Source: Balanoglossus misakiensis
Taxonomy: Eukaryota > Animalia > Hemichordata
Direction of reading: 5' to 3'
Length of the DNA stretch: 64,000 bases
Assembly (NCBI GenBank): GCA_040954595.2
Contig: CM082592.2
Span: 2,170,001 to 2,234,000, forward strand
In this document: positions 36,376-50,424 of the stretch, in pieces
Position numbering within the stretch: the first letter of the stretch is position 1
Layout of the letters: each line of letters begins with the position of its first letter
Made by a program: the position numbers and the translations under genes
The notes under the pieces: model-generated
The model's database searches: none
The model's input: the letters and a program-made list of their open reading frames with translations, nothing else
Told to the model about the DNA's origin: nothing

Positions 36376-39067
36376 ATACATGTACATATTATTCTTGATG
36401 TTGTTGTAAACATTTCTTTTGTGTCTGTTTCAAGGTCAGATGAGGTGAGTTATAACACTTGATTCATAGGTTGTGTGACTTTTGAAAACCCTCACTCACA
36501 TTGATGGAAGAATTTTACCTTAAAAAGAGTATACTTCAGTTGTCCCTAATAATAGCCTTTGTGTAAATTTCCCCTCTCTGAAGTGAGACAGAACTAAAGA
36601 AAGCATCTTCATTTTGCTGCCAGATGCATGAGCTAGCTGGTGAAGTTCCCTGTGTGTTCCACAAGATTAAACTGTCCCAAGATGGGTAGGCAGTAGAAAT
36701 GAGGTCTGTTGGCGTCCTTCAGTCTCAAGAGACTATGGATCTGTGTGCTGGGATGTTGGTCTAGATCCGGAACAGCGTAGTACATGTATGAGGCATTGAG
36801 CTTATGTTCCTTCTGAGTGGTCCTAGATTCACTGCTGTACAGTACAAATTTATTTTAGGTATGACTCACAACACAAGCACTCATGTGGGCTGAAAGTAGG
36901 AGGGCTTCATGATTAAGAAGAACAAAGATCTGAGCCTAACAAACTGCATAAAGCAAATTGGTCTCCTGGTGAGATATATACCATCCACCTCAGCTGTCAT
37001 GATCTCCAGTATATGCCTTGGTGAAGTACAATGCAATCTCCACTGCACTCTTGCAAATGGCTTGACTATTAGTCATTCCTGAAGAGCAATACTCCATGGT
37101 TGGACAAATATTCATCACATGGTGAGAAACATGTGGATCTGGGAGCCCGCTATAAGATAGCTTAGGGTTGAAATCATGAGTTGATGGTCTAGCTCAAAGT
37201 AGTTTTCAGGAATAGAGTGATCTGACCTGACCCATCCTCCTGGCAAAGTATTTTTTCTCGGTTCCCTTGACATTATGTCAAATTGTGTGTATCATAAAAA
37301 TGCCAATCAGCCAGACGGGCCTCTGCCAATAGAGATAAGTCACAGCTGTTACAACCATCTCAACACATACCAAGAACCATAGACAATAGTAAAGAGAAAA
37401 GAAAACTAATACATATGTAGATTACAAACTGCGAATGGATTGGCTGAGGGAACAGGATCCAGTGAGTACATGAGTAATAAAAGGATTTGAGAGAATAATT
37501 AAACAGAGCTCGTGCCTGGTCGGTTGATGTGGTATTGGCTGTTCTTGTCTACTAACACTACTTGAATGGATAAGGCTATGTGCTTTCTGGTGATATAGTA
37601 AAAGACAGAACTGCATGAAGCTCAGTTTTATGTGCAGGGGTTAATTCCCACGACACTGGACTGCCAGGCATGCAGAAAAATGGTCTGATGCAAATCAAGA
37701 CTTGTAGTGAAGCACAAAGGTTGTCAGGTGATTGTCACCATACATTTCACTGCATTTTGAGGCATGCCCCCAATGCGTAACGTCTTTGATGGAAATTGTT
37801 TTACACTTGAGTGATTTGGCCTGAGCAATATCCATAAGATCCCATTGAAACTTACGGATTTGGGTAAAACAGTTGTCATCAAGTTCAGATGACCAGAGGT
37901 TTCAGAAAGATGAAGCTGCCCACAACTTGACAGAGCTGACAATATCAGAGATATCAATGACAACACCGGTAAATGGTGTGTTTCAATAGTAAAGACACAA
38001 GGAAGAGGATCACTATGATCAGAGGCTGTATACTAGCTGAAAGATGTATCTTAGTGATCACAGGTGGACATACCTCACAGGTGTTGCCTTCACCTCCATA
38101 ATATCATATGTACACGCACATGTACATGTATACCGGTAACCTATAAAATGATAGTTTCGTACAATGTGGAAAGAATAGTATGCCTCTGACGGCAAGGAAG
38201 AAGGAATTCTGACAACTGCTAAATATTAAAGTGACATCGCATATGGGCAGCCAATGGGAAACCCATTTGCTATAATTTCTGCCTTGTGAGCTGAATGCCA
38301 AGTTGAACTGTCCTCCAGGGTGGGACCCTGTGGTGATCCATGATTGCTGCATCCCCAAATGGCATGCTAGACACTTGACTCCGATGAATAGGGGTATATA
38401 TGTGACATAGCTGTATCCCAGAAGCCCGGTGCAGAAGTCAGCAGTGTGATAGAGCATGTCTGTTACAGATCGTCAGCCATTCACTTCCATATTCGGTAAA
38501 ATCAGTGATGGGATAAATACCCTTTTTGTCTGTTGGAGTGGGAAATCTGCTGAAATATTCCACTATAGGAACAAAATAATTCACTTTATAGACTCCAAGA
38601 GTTACTGAACAAGTGTTCTCAGCACAATGCTACTAACCTCCCTCAAGTGATTCTGCTAGATTTCAAGACAGCAGTTATAATATGTAAATACGAACCAATG
38701 CTAAGTGGACAAGGTTGCAAATACTACAGCTGGGCCGGTGGCTCCATGCCTCATAAAGCTGCATTTCTAATACAAGATTCTGCAATATTGAAGTCAGGAC
38801 ACACATGGGCCATAGGAGTATGAAAGTAGAAGTAGCACCCAAACCATACACCCATGCTATGGGTGTGGGTGTAGCAAAAATGTTTGACACAAGTATTAGA
38901 AGCAAGAGCCTGTAATTTACACAAAGGCTAACAAGGCAATACAAAGCAGTATACTCTGTTTATATGTTCTCCAAAGATGTTGTTCAACATACTCTCTTAC
39001 GTATGTTCTATAATTAGCACATGTTTTTTGAACGTGAAAGAAGACTTCTGATCATTGTAGGAATGAA

Positions 39068-40927
39068 GGTAGAGTTGACTTTTCAGAGCCCTCTGACTCA
39101 GAGCCCTCTGAGTCAGAGCCCCTCAGAGCCCTCTGAAGTTTCAGAACCTCAGAACCCGGACCTCAGAATTCTTGTTGACCTCAGATATAACCCCAAAATG
39201 TACCTGTATAATTAAATATAACGTTTACAAAATAGGTGTAATGCCAGGCATTTGTATTCAACCTGTCCCCCATTATATATCAGTGGGAAGGGCAATGTTA
39301 TGATTTATTTGTGCAAGGGTGAATTATCATTGTGGTAATATTGATCATGCAGATATGATGTGGCTATTATAACAAGAAAACTTTCTTCAGAAACTTGTTT
39401 TCATTGCCTAGATTATTTTTTATCAAAAGTGATTTGATATTATTCATGTTTACATATTATGTATGTATTTATTGTTTTTTCTTGTTTTTGAATAAACTCT
39501 TTGAAATTTAACTGCTTGTTTGTAAATTTTTAGCAAGAAATATATACGCATTTGACATACAGCAAACCTATAGTAATAATCCTAATGGAAGGAGAATAAG
39601 CGCAGCGTGTGAGGACACAAAGTTTGTCAAAAAGTCATTAATTTGAATGACTGGCAAATCCAACATGTTTTCCATGGGCTTTATTCTGATGGACAAATAA
39701 TTAAATTCTTATTTAAGGTGGCATTGCATGAAAAGTTGTGATTTTTGCCAAATTTACTTTTTTTTACATAAATCGGTAGGTCTAATACTGTTCCACTTCT
39801 GACAAATGCGTCTTGGCGGAAATGGTGCATAATCACCCAAAAATAGCACTTTTCTGAATGAGTTCACAGCTTAACAAATAGGTGTCAACAATGCAAATGG
39901 CCGTTTTTCTCAGTTTGCATTTTTGCTGCTCTTGACAACTTCAGAAGAATTTAGCTTCGCTCTGCGTTGGCCGAATTTGCTCAAATTTTAACAGGGGATT
40001 GTGTATGACCCATCTAACAAAACAAATTTTTTTAGTCGATAAAGTGTCCTTGGCGGGAATAAAATCTGATTCAATACAACTCATTGTGAATTTGATCAAA
40101 TTTTCTAAAAATCTAACTTGCAAACACTGTTACTCCTCAATGGAAGCAGATAACGCTAAACTAAATTTTGTTTTTTTGCATGTGTACTCTAGTTTCGAAT
40201 GACATACTAAGATGCATGATGCATGGTCAACCGTTTTACCTAATTTCAATTGAATGACATAATATCAAAAAAATGCTTCTTTTAACCCAAAAACGCCACC
40301 ATTTCCGGGGGTCAATGAAATGTGCAACTCAAACAAAAGTTCAAAAACTCAGCTTCCAGAATATGTATGGTTTATAGGGGTTTTAATAATTATTGTCTTT
40401 GAAGAGAAATAGGCCTCTGAAAAAGTCTCAACGGTTTCATGCGATGCCAATCTGATTGACGGTTTCGTGCAATACCACATTAAGTATTGAATTGATTTCC
40501 AAATTCTCTTCTTTTGGTGTTTCTTCTTGCGATTTATTTTGTCGTGTGCTACAAAATACATTTATATTTGTAATGCAATGCAAGCAAAAAAGAAAAGTAA
40601 CGCGTTACTGGTGAATCGGAATCCCTGGCTGAATCTGAATCTGAAATCGACATAAACTTCGAAAACAAATATGGCGGGTAATAGGCAGTCACGATCTCGC
40701 ACTTGCCATACAACGTAGTACGTCGTATTTTCAGCGGGAGTAATTTTGGCAACATTATACCCATTTGTAATCGTTATATTTAATTATACAGGTACATTTT
40801 GGGGTTATATCTGAGGTCAACAAGAATTCTGAGGTCCGGGTTCTGAGGTTCTGAAACTTCAGAGGGCTCTGAGGGGCTCTGACTCAGAGGGCTCTGAGTC
40901 AGAGGGCTCTGAAAAGTCAACTCTACC
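39068..40927. mobile_element. Mutator-like (MULE) non-autonomous element, ~160-bp TIRs, carrying the Kolobok-like fragment
   Basis: GGTAGAGTTGACTTTTCAGAGCCC... / ...GGGCTCTGAAAAGTCAACTCTACC; 10-bp TSD TAGGAATGAA / TAGGAACGAA. Confidence 0.82.
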
Positions 40928-42332
40928 TAGGAACGAACTCTCAATTTCATGGTCCACATTTTCTGAAATTTTACCAGTAAGCGACTCCAAATTCTTAACT
41001 GACACCTTGTATCAAAGGGTCAACGGTTATTATTACAAATTCTACGATTTAGTCTTCCAAGGCTCCACCTAATCCAGTTCTTGAATAAAACTGATTATCC
41101 ATGGACTCTCCTCGTCAAGTTATGCATGGCAATCCATTGTTAATGACACTGTCTCTACTGGATCGACAGTTAAAGGGGCAAAATCATAACACCAAACAAA
41201 TAACCCACAAAAGAGACAAATTGGCGATGACGTGAAGAAATTCACACAAAGTGGTGTCTGCTGGGAGCTGTATCAAACCTCACTGCAAACAACACGTCAC
41301 AATACCATCCAATATGGCCCAACAGCCACATTAGATTATATTGTGAAACAAATCAATGAAAACGTGTATCTTAAAACACACAGTCATGGAACCATGTGTA
41401 AACAAATGAGATATATTCAAAATCAAAATTGAATGACAGAGAAAAAAAAATTCTGAATGCAGAGATTTTTTTTCTGAATGCTCAAGAATTCCTACTCCAA
41501 GCTCGGTAGTGGACATTTGCACATGGTACCCCTGACGTCAAGTGTACTATTTTATCGTAAAGCACACAGTCAGGGAAGTGTAAACAAAACTAGATATATT
41601 CAAAATCAAAGAAAATGAATGGCTGAATGATTAAGTGATCCAATGTAAATTTTTCTGTACATTATGAAAACAATAATTGTAACTCATAGAAAATTGACAT
41701 CTTTTCTGAATATTGAAGGTTTGATGTCAAATGGGCAATTTGAATCACTGGTTATCAATTTTGAGAAGGCTTTGGCAACCAGACCTGATGTAAGAATTAA
41801 CACCTCTCTACAACCTATTGTCTATGGGGCCGAGCCTCAGCGCCTATACATAAACTTTGTGTGTGTGGACACAAGCGACTCAAAGGATTAATTCTCTGTG
41901 TTTACAAAAGGCAAATAGTGTCTCTGAAACGTTTCAAATTTTTACCAGTGTGACCGTTGTATTATAAACAGGTACCCCACACTTTGAATGACACACAGAC
42001 TTACACCACACAAACAAACAAACAAACAAACATAAATACCCTATAACTATACTAATATTATAACTAACTATAACTACAAGTAACAACTAACAAAATAACT
42101 TAATATACCTATATAAATAAACTGTTCAAATACAGATGTGTACACTGAAAGTAACTAAATTTACACAAATATATAAAAATGCATTGCAGGGATGCCCCCA
42201 AAACTACCGTAAGCACTGCAAGCTGGAAGTCCATGCGTCTACGGACCTCTGTTGACAGATGAGACATCATGGAGACTGCATGGTAGTTGGACTTCTGGTC
42301 CAAATCATCTGGCCGCATTCCTCTGCTATGGT

Positions 42333-43771
42333 GGCATACAGATCAATCTCCGCCATCCTTCAACGCAGCATCTAGTTTCTGCATGGTACTATTGGTAGTC
42401 GGACTTCAATCTGCCAGTTGGCACACAGATCAGTGTTCTCCATCCTGCAAACCAGCATCTAGTTTCTGCATGGTACTATTGGTAGTCGGACTTCAATCTG
42501 CCAGTTGGCACACAGATCAGTGTTCTCCATCCTGCAAACCAGCATCTAGTTTCTGCATGGTACTATTGGTAGTCGGACTTCAATCTGCCAGTTGGCACAC
42601 AGATCAATGTTCTCCATCCTGCAAACCAGCATCTAGTTTCTGCATGGTACTATTGGTAGTCGGACTTCAATCTGCCAGTTGGCACACAGATCAATGTTCT
42701 CCATCCTGCAAACCAGCATCTAGTTTCTGCATGGTACTATTGGTAGTCGGACTTCAATCTGCCAGTTGGCACACAGATCAGTGTTCTCCATCCTGCAAAC
42801 CAGCATCTAGTTTCTGCATGGTACTATTGGTAGTCGGACTTCAATCTGCCAGTTGGCACACAGATCAATGTTCTCCATCCTGCAAACCAGCATCTAGTTT
42901 CTGCATGGTACTATTGGTAGTCGGACTTCAATCTGCCAGTTGGCACACAGATCAGTGTTCCCCATCCTGCAAACCAGCATCTAGTTTCTGCATGGTACTA
43001 TTGGTAGTCGGACTTCAATCTGCCAGTTGGCACACAGATCAATGTTCTCCATCCTGCAAACCAGCATCTAGTTTCTGCATGGTACTATTAGTAGTCGGAC
43101 TTCAATCTGCCAGTTGGCACACAGATCAGTGTTCTCCATCCTGCAAACCAGCATCTAGTTTCTGCATGGTACTATTGGTAGTCGGACTTCAATCTGCCAG
43201 TTGGCACACAGATCAATGTTCTCCATCCTGCAAACCAGCATCTAGTTTCTGCATGGTACTATTGGTAGTCGGACTTCAATCTGCCAGTTGGCACACAGAT
43301 CAGTGGTCTCGAACCTGCAAACCAGCATCTAGTTTCTGCATGGTACTATTGGTAGTCGGACTTCAATCTGCCAGTTGGCACACAGATCAGTGTTCTCCAT
43401 CCTGCAAACCAGCATCTAGTTTCTGCATGGTACTATTGGTAGTCGGACTTCAATCTGCCAGTTGGCACACAGATCAGTGTTCTCCATCCTGCAAACCAGC
43501 ATCTAGTTTCTGCATGGTACTATTGGTAGCCGGACTTCAATCTGCCAGTTGGCACACGGATCAGTGTTCTCCATCCTGCAAACCAGCATCTAGTTTCTGC
43601 ATGGTACTATTGGTAGTCGGACTTCAATCTGCCAGTTGGCACACAGATCAGTGTTCTCCATCCTGCAAACCAGCATCTAGTTTCTGCATGGTACTATTGG
43701 TAGTCGGACTTCAATCTGCCAGTTGGCACACAGATCAGTGTTCTCCATCCTGCAAACCAGCATCTAGTTTC
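42333..43771. repeat. 87-bp tandem array, ~16.5 near-identical copies
   Basis: Unit GGCACACAGATCAGTGTTCTCC...TCTGCCAGTT starts at 42333, 42420 ... 43725. Confidence 0.97.
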
Positions 43772-44460
43772 TCGTGTCTGAAAAAAGCAAACAGATGTAG
43801 TTCAGGAAAATGAGGAGTAATTCAACTGCATGTGACACAAAAGACAGCTTCCCGCGATACAAACACCCTCTATAACTGCAGGCTTTGTCTTTGCTGTACA
43901 CAGGGCATGTAATGCAAATTGTGTAAGAATCCATCAAGTTGTACTTTATGCAGGCTACATGACAATGATTCATGCTCAGTTTTTATGGACTTGTTATTTT
44001 GTGCCTTTCTAAATCACTTCTGGGTGTTTGTAAAACTTGTAACGAGCAGTAATGAGCAGAAACTTGCAGTAATGATCAATAACATCCTAGAAATTGACAG
44101 AATGGGTAATCACAAATACTGTGGAAATGACGATCGTCTCCAATTTCATAATAGTCATCTGAAGTTATGCAATCAGTGTCAATTATCATGACCATTTCCA
44201 TGGAACTAAACAGTTGTTTAATTTCATATCATTGCTGGAAAAAAGTCATCGTCAATGACTTCGTTCACGCTGGTTTGATGTTCTTGGTATTTGTGCTCGA
44301 GTGTTGGTTAGTTTTTGCATAACTTGAAATGTTGTGCGTTGACTTAGATGTTTTCATCTATGTGAACTGACATACTCTGAATGTTTGAAGAAACTTTACA
44401 AACCCCATATAAATTCCCATCTACATAAAATGGAGCAGCAAACAGTTATTATTGATGTTA

Positions 44461-45770
44461 GACCAGAGAAAAAAAATCTTGTTCATTGGATTTTTTGGCC
44501 CTAGTTCCAGGAGCGGCGAGCGAAAAAAAAATTTAAAATTTTTTTAGGCCGAAGGTAAACCGTGGTTCTCTGGCATATTTGCACAGATGCAGACATTGGG
44601 AGATAATTGTTTCCATTTGAACCAGAAATATCTCTGATACATGTACTGTACTTGTCACTGAATTCAATACTACATTTCCCAACAATAACATATAGGCAAT
44701 TACATATACAGTTGGTGTTTGCACAACAAATTCCAAGTATTTCAACAGGCTCTCAAAATAAAATGAAATGCACAGCAAATCACTGAAATCCAACAATTTA
44801 GTATTGACCTTTAATATTGTCCTGGTGGGACATTGCATTTGAATGTTTTTCATTTTACTTTGGCCCCATCTCTTGGTCTCTTTACAACTGTCTCTACATT
44901 TTTTACACAATGGTCTAACAACACTGTACAGACTATCTCTCACTGCACACACACTGTTCTGGTCGCGATAGCCATGTCTAATTTGTTCCAGTCTGCACCA
45001 AGTTCATCAAACAACTGAATAATATCATTGTAATAGTTTGTGGGAAACATCTATTTTGTCAGGCAGACCGACTTCAGTAACAGTGGACATCATGATTAAA
45101 ATCGCAGTATCAGATGGTGCTGTACAGGCGGAAGTAGATGGAATGGCTTTGTGTGCACATTGATTGTCAGAAGTAAACACATTGGAAACTATAAACTTCA
45201 TGTTGAACTCGCTGCAGATTTAATACCTCAGATCCTACTATAACATCAACACAACCATGTGTTTTGTCACTGTCATAAATGTTTATACTTTTGATGCAAT
45301 TTTCATAAAATCAAATGCACCATCAATCTGCTGTGACGATCTTGTTAAACAAATTACAGAACGAAACATCATGACAAATACTGAATAGCATCTTTCGAAC
45401 AAATCTGTTTGTCGTCACATCGAATGTTGGTGATCAACTTAATACTCATGATGTGACATGTACCGTTACATGTACTAATATAGAACGAGGACATTTCTGC
45501 CCAAAGCTACCCACTTTGCGTTGTCATTCGCCCAAATTCAGACATCAGTACAATGTGTTTGCGGTCAACTCAGTCCAAACATGTCGGAAGTCTAATTCAA
45601 AATTCTGTGCTCGCGAAAACCTGAGAAAGTGTAGGGCGCCACCAACGGCAGTACTAAGAATATTTGTAATGCAGAAGTAAGAATTTGCCACGATCCAAAA
45701 AAATAAAAATTCCAAAACAGCCAAAGTAGAAGCAGCAATTCCATGAACAATTTATTTTTTTCTTCCTGGC
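44461..45770. mobile_element. Possible Zator-like old TIR element
   Basis: TTA|GACCAGAGAAAAAAAATCTTGTTCATTGGA ... TCCATGAACAATTTATTTTTTTCTTCCTGGCC|TTA; TIRs degenerate. Confidence 0.4.
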
Positions 45771-46840
45771 CTTAATTTTTTCCACATTATCAGTAAAAAA
45801 TCTTCATTTCTGAAGTGATAGGCTGACTTCTTTGAAATTTAGTATGAAGCTTCTTACAGGTTGTCTGAGTTACCATATTTTTTTTCTTTAAATTGTTGCA
45901 AAACTGCATGTCAGAGTGCTTTGAAGTTTGAAATTTGTTAGCCGCGTTCCTAGAGGTAACCCCAAAAAGTTGCTGTAAAACAATTTGCGATATTTGCATA
46001 ATTGCAAGATTGGTAAAAATTTTGCAATTTTTGTCAAAAATTGTTTTCTCTGAAACCGCTTGTCACATTGCTATAAACTATGGCAGACATGTTCCTTGAG
46101 GTGATTGAAGATATTGTACAATTATGGAGATATTTGCACATTTGTGTTTTTTTTGCCACTTTTGAACATTCAAATATTGTTTTCTGTGAAACTGATTGTT
46201 GGATTGCTTTTTGTAAATTTCTTTTTGGTTTATATCAAAACTTCTCCAAAACCAATTGTCCAGTTGCTTTGAAAGTTACTCTTTACAAGGAGTTGGTACC
46301 CCCAACTTAGACATGTTTACATAACTTTAATAGGCCAGCTGTTACAGAGACCACCATCTATTAAATATTTTAAGAGTGAATGGCACTCAGTCAGTCAGTG
46401 AGCGTCTCTGTCTGTCTGTGTGTCTGCCTGTCTGTTACAGGGCTGACTGAAAGAAGTTGGTCATTATATGTGTTTGTACAGACAATTTTTGGTCAAAAAT
46501 AATTTCGCCAATTTTTTTCCTGAGTCCACAGCTAGTTCAGAAAATAAAAACTTAATAATGTGTAGTGGAGATGACAAAGTTTATTCAAGGCAAACTGATA
46601 ATGTAGGGCATGCTCCAAAATCCGAACAGACACCGAGCAACTCAGGTTGTGTGTCAAGCTAACTCGTGTAACGCGACTTATATGCTGCTTATATTCATCA
46701 TTGGAAACCACAGGCGTCAGAAAAAATGCTTTGTTAGTATTCCGTACTGTAAAGTAGCTAAAATCGAGAAATTAACAGCTCAGATAATCTCCCCGTTTCA
46801 CGTCATACGAGCGCTTACGCTATGTTCAGTCCTTGCCATA

Positions 46841-46886
46841 TACCCCACTATCACATAAAGAGATCTCTTTATGTGATAGTGGGGTA
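46841..46886. repeat. Perfect 46-bp palindrome
   Basis: TACCCCACTATCACATAAAGAGA|TCTCTTTATGTGATAGTGGGGTA. Confidence 0.9.
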
Positions 46887-46932
46887 ATTTCTTGACAGGT
46901 CATATTAGTGGCTCGTTATTTATTCATGCTAT

Positions 46933-47754
46933 CACGGTTACTAGAAGAAGACGGTTAGGAAACTATTTTTTCTCCATTGTTAGATGCTCGACTCGGTAAA
47001 CACTTGAGTAAACGAAAGATATCAGGTGCTAACGAGCCTGGCCATACGAATAAAATGACGTCATTACCCCTACAATCCAAAGCAAACCATACTCATGTTT
47101 ACGGAATTGCTTGCACGCACAGTACGTATACCACCAGATTTGAGGAAAACAGAACAGAGAGTGGATAATTTATAAAGTCACAGCACATTTATGACAATTT
47201 TGAACTTTCAAGGACATGATGAAGCCATACATTCTTTGTCTTGACCGTACCCTAGAGATTCGATGCGAACCAAAACAAACAAGATGGCCGCCAAAGGCTA
47301 TATCGATAATGTTAACGACTGTATCGAAATGGGTATGCAATCTCAACGAAATATGCCAATTGGAATAAACGAAATAGCCCATGCAATACAAAAAGGTGTA
47401 AAATATCTAAATATATTAAAAAAAAACAGAAATGCGACCATCAGGGTTGAATTTTAGGGGTTCAAAATTCGACGCTATTTGAATCCGGACTTTAAGTTAA
47501 CCACCCAAGAAACAATGGTAGAGTGTCGCAAGCCCAACAGACTATGACCGTGCACTCCATAAGCCTATATGGAACTCGTACAAAAAAAGTGGCGCTGTAC
47601 TCTGACGAAAAAGGGCAGATGAAGGGGTACAAAAATTAGCTACGTTCCCCAATACAACCCCACATAGCGGTTTGGACATGTACTCTCCTAGCTAACACCT
47701 CGTTCACACCTTCCGAACAATAGAGTTTCCCAACCGTCTCTTCTAGTAACCGTG
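46933..47754 (+). mobile_element. P-like MITE, copy 1 (822 bp)
   Basis: TIR CACGGTTACTAGAAGA; 7-bp TSD ATGCTAT; near-identical to 58425-59278. Confidence 0.9.
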
Positions 47755-48865
47755 ATGCTATGTATCTCTTGCTTTTTATTGCTCATCGCTGTTCGTTTTT
47801 GCTAATTACTTTCAAATTTGTATCTATCAAATTGTCATAGATGGCATGAGTCCGGTGATGGAGCAATAACGACCAAAAATAACCACATGCAGTTCCCGCC
47901 GATCTGCATGGACTAATGGTAGTACAGTTTGAAACAAAAATTATGATTATTATCCCAAAAGTTGCAGCTTATGTGCCTTTAATCATTCTATCTATTTCAA
48001 GTTCATTAGTGGTCATTACTGTAGGTTCTGCTTGTTACAAGTTTTAGAAACACCTGTGTTTTGTTGGCACATGATTCAACATTACACACAACATGTGTCC
48101 CTTTAGTGTAACAGACAATATTATTGTTTTGGGATGATTTACAACTATGTGCACAGATTTGAAGGTTGGCTGATCCGGAGTTTAAACTCAAAATGATTAA
48201 ATCTTGCCAACAAAATGCCAGGATGTAAAGGTCACACAGGGGTCAAGATTCACCGTACCTTTCAGCAGCATTTCTCCACCACGTTTTCAACACTCTGGCT
48301 TTTTGGCTGAAAGCGGTCAGCGCCTCATCCATTTGTTCGAATTGTTGGTGGTACTTGTTCTTGGTTTTTTCATGCTGCAGATTATCCCAGCTGAAAGAAA
48401 CCCAAGACATTACAACATTAGAGATACTGTAAAATATGTTATTTTCGCGAGTTGAAATTTTTTGCGATATCGAGAGAGGCCACTGTTACGCGAGAATTAA
48501 TTTTCGCGTTCTCATGCACATTGTTCTTTCACAATTATATTTCGCTTATTTTTTGCTCTCCCGTATTTCGCTTAAATTTATTGCTCGCGAAAATAACCTG
48601 TTCTCACACTCCTGGCACGCTGGGAGTGTAAGAACAGAGTGTGAGAACAAATTGTTCTCACACTCTCACTGAATCGAAAGCTGTATATGACGCGAGCGCT
48701 GATTGGTTGACAAAGCGTTATTTTGCTACGCGCGCTAAAAGTTATCCAATGGCGCGATGTGTATTACAGGGAGAGAGACTACAACGTGCCCCCAGACGAC
48801 AGTTCCAGCGTCATTTATTCAATGTTTTTAACGAATTTGGCTAATTTGTGACCGTGTGAGAAAAA

Positions 48866-49012
48866 TAATCTCACACACCAAGGACCTGGGATCATATTTC
48901 TCACACTCGTTGGGATATTCTGTCCCACACTTGCCTGCGACTCATGTGGGACAGAAAATCCCCAACTCGTGTGAGAAATATGATCCCAGGTCCTTGGGAG
49001 TGTGAGATTCTA
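48866..49012. repeat. ~145-bp hairpin in a nested small element (TA-flanked CTGT...ACAG MITE ~48427-49023)
   Basis: AATCTCACACACCAAGGACCTGGGATCATATTTCTCACAC... / ...GTGTGAGAAATATGATCCCAGGTCCTTGGGAGTGTGAGATT. Confidence 0.75.
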
Positions 49013-50424
49013 TTGTTTCACAGTAGTTGATAGTATGCACAAGACTCATGGGCTCAAACTGACTCATATTTCAGCAATTTACGGGTTATTTTCAGTGATT
49101 TCCAAAATTGTTAGACACGTATGTGCACCCTCTTCAAGAAACTGCCACATTCTTGGTATATACACACAAAAATGAAAGCTAAGACATTATTGAAAAAGAC
49201 GCAATTTAAAAGACACAACTGGTCAATGCTGTTCATTTACTTCTTTCACCACATTGGTGGTTTGATCCAAATATGTTGTTTTCAAAAGTCTGGCCAATAT
49301 ACATACAAACGGGTGGCCCCTACATGCCAACAACAATTCAAATTCTGGGTCAGCACTACTGTAATATTTGCAGACACCTTTTCAATTTTGGTGGACCCAA
49401 TTTTCATTTGTATGGACCCAATTTATACAAAATTTGGCTGAGGCGATTTGCAGCCAGACCACGTTATTTTTTTTTTCATTTGGGTTCAATTTGACAACCT
49501 CATCCGTATTTTCCTGGGTGATGCAACTCTGTCCACAACTCAGAGCATTTTCACTGCTTTAATTCCTTTTTTTTACAATTAGTGACTGTTGACAAAATTA
49601 CTACCACATAATTAGACCATTTGATTTTGGTTGGCACAAAAACTCTAAGACCATGTTCCTTTTGGGTGTACATTATTTTTGAACTGCTTGAGGCTGGGCC
49701 GACCAGTCATGCAGTACATGATGACTACAATACTGTCATGAGATACCACATGTACAATGTGCAAATCTTATGAGTGTGCTCTGATTGAAATGAAAATTGT
49801 GTCCTGCAAAATATAATGGGCCATCGGAAGCAGAAATAGGTCTGCGATACTTATGACCATAAGACCCTTCTCTGCTTGGGATGGCCCAAATGTGACTGCA
49901 ATATTAGAGTACATACCACATAATCAGACCGCTGAATTTTTGTTGGCAGAAAGGTGCCACTGTAGTATATCATGTACCGGTATATTCAACTTATATCCAA
50001 TATATCCAAGTGTACGCCACACCTACCTTGTCTCCTGCTGGAGTGTTTCAAACGTTTGCGCCAATTTCGTGAAATCCATCAACATGGCCTCATTCTGTTC
50101 AATCTAATTGGATTTTTAATCGTGCTTGTTGCTTAAGAAGAAGCATTTTACGGCTGCAGAAGATCTCTGTTACTTCTTCTATCGTGAACTTATCTTTGGC
50201 GTGTTGACTCTTGTGCAGAACCTGAGGAAAAAAAAAAAAAAAGTGTAAAATATTGCCTGTAGAAGAGGTGTTTCCAGTAGTCTCGTTCCTGGCTGTGTCA
50301 GCTAAAAGGCAAGGGTCAGGTATGGGCCGCCGTCTTGCACAAATTTCTGGTCATCCATGCCCAAGATGACTGCTTCCAACGTTTGCACACAGGTACTGTC
50401 AAAGTCAGGTGCACCACACAAGAT

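Noticed and set aside
36650-38950. Possible old LINE/retroelement relic
   Set aside because: The composition is suggestive, but I could not recover convincing RT or endonuclease motifs by eye.
42228-42275. SECIS element after the TGA array
   Set aside because: A hairpin with ATGA...AA is present on the minus strand, but the 3' GA of the non-Watson-Crick quartet is not correctly placed; not called without software.
42333-43771. CRISPR-like array (also considered for 4133-4847)
   Set aside because: Head-to-tail repeats with no unique spacers, no cas genes, eukaryotic context.
42287-43813. 508-aa plus-strand ORF of 29-aa repeats
   Set aside because: It starts at TTG and is open simply because the 87-bp unit lacks a stop in that frame. 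The flanking splice signals support the minus strand. It cannot be fully excluded, since third codon positions coincide with the minus frame.
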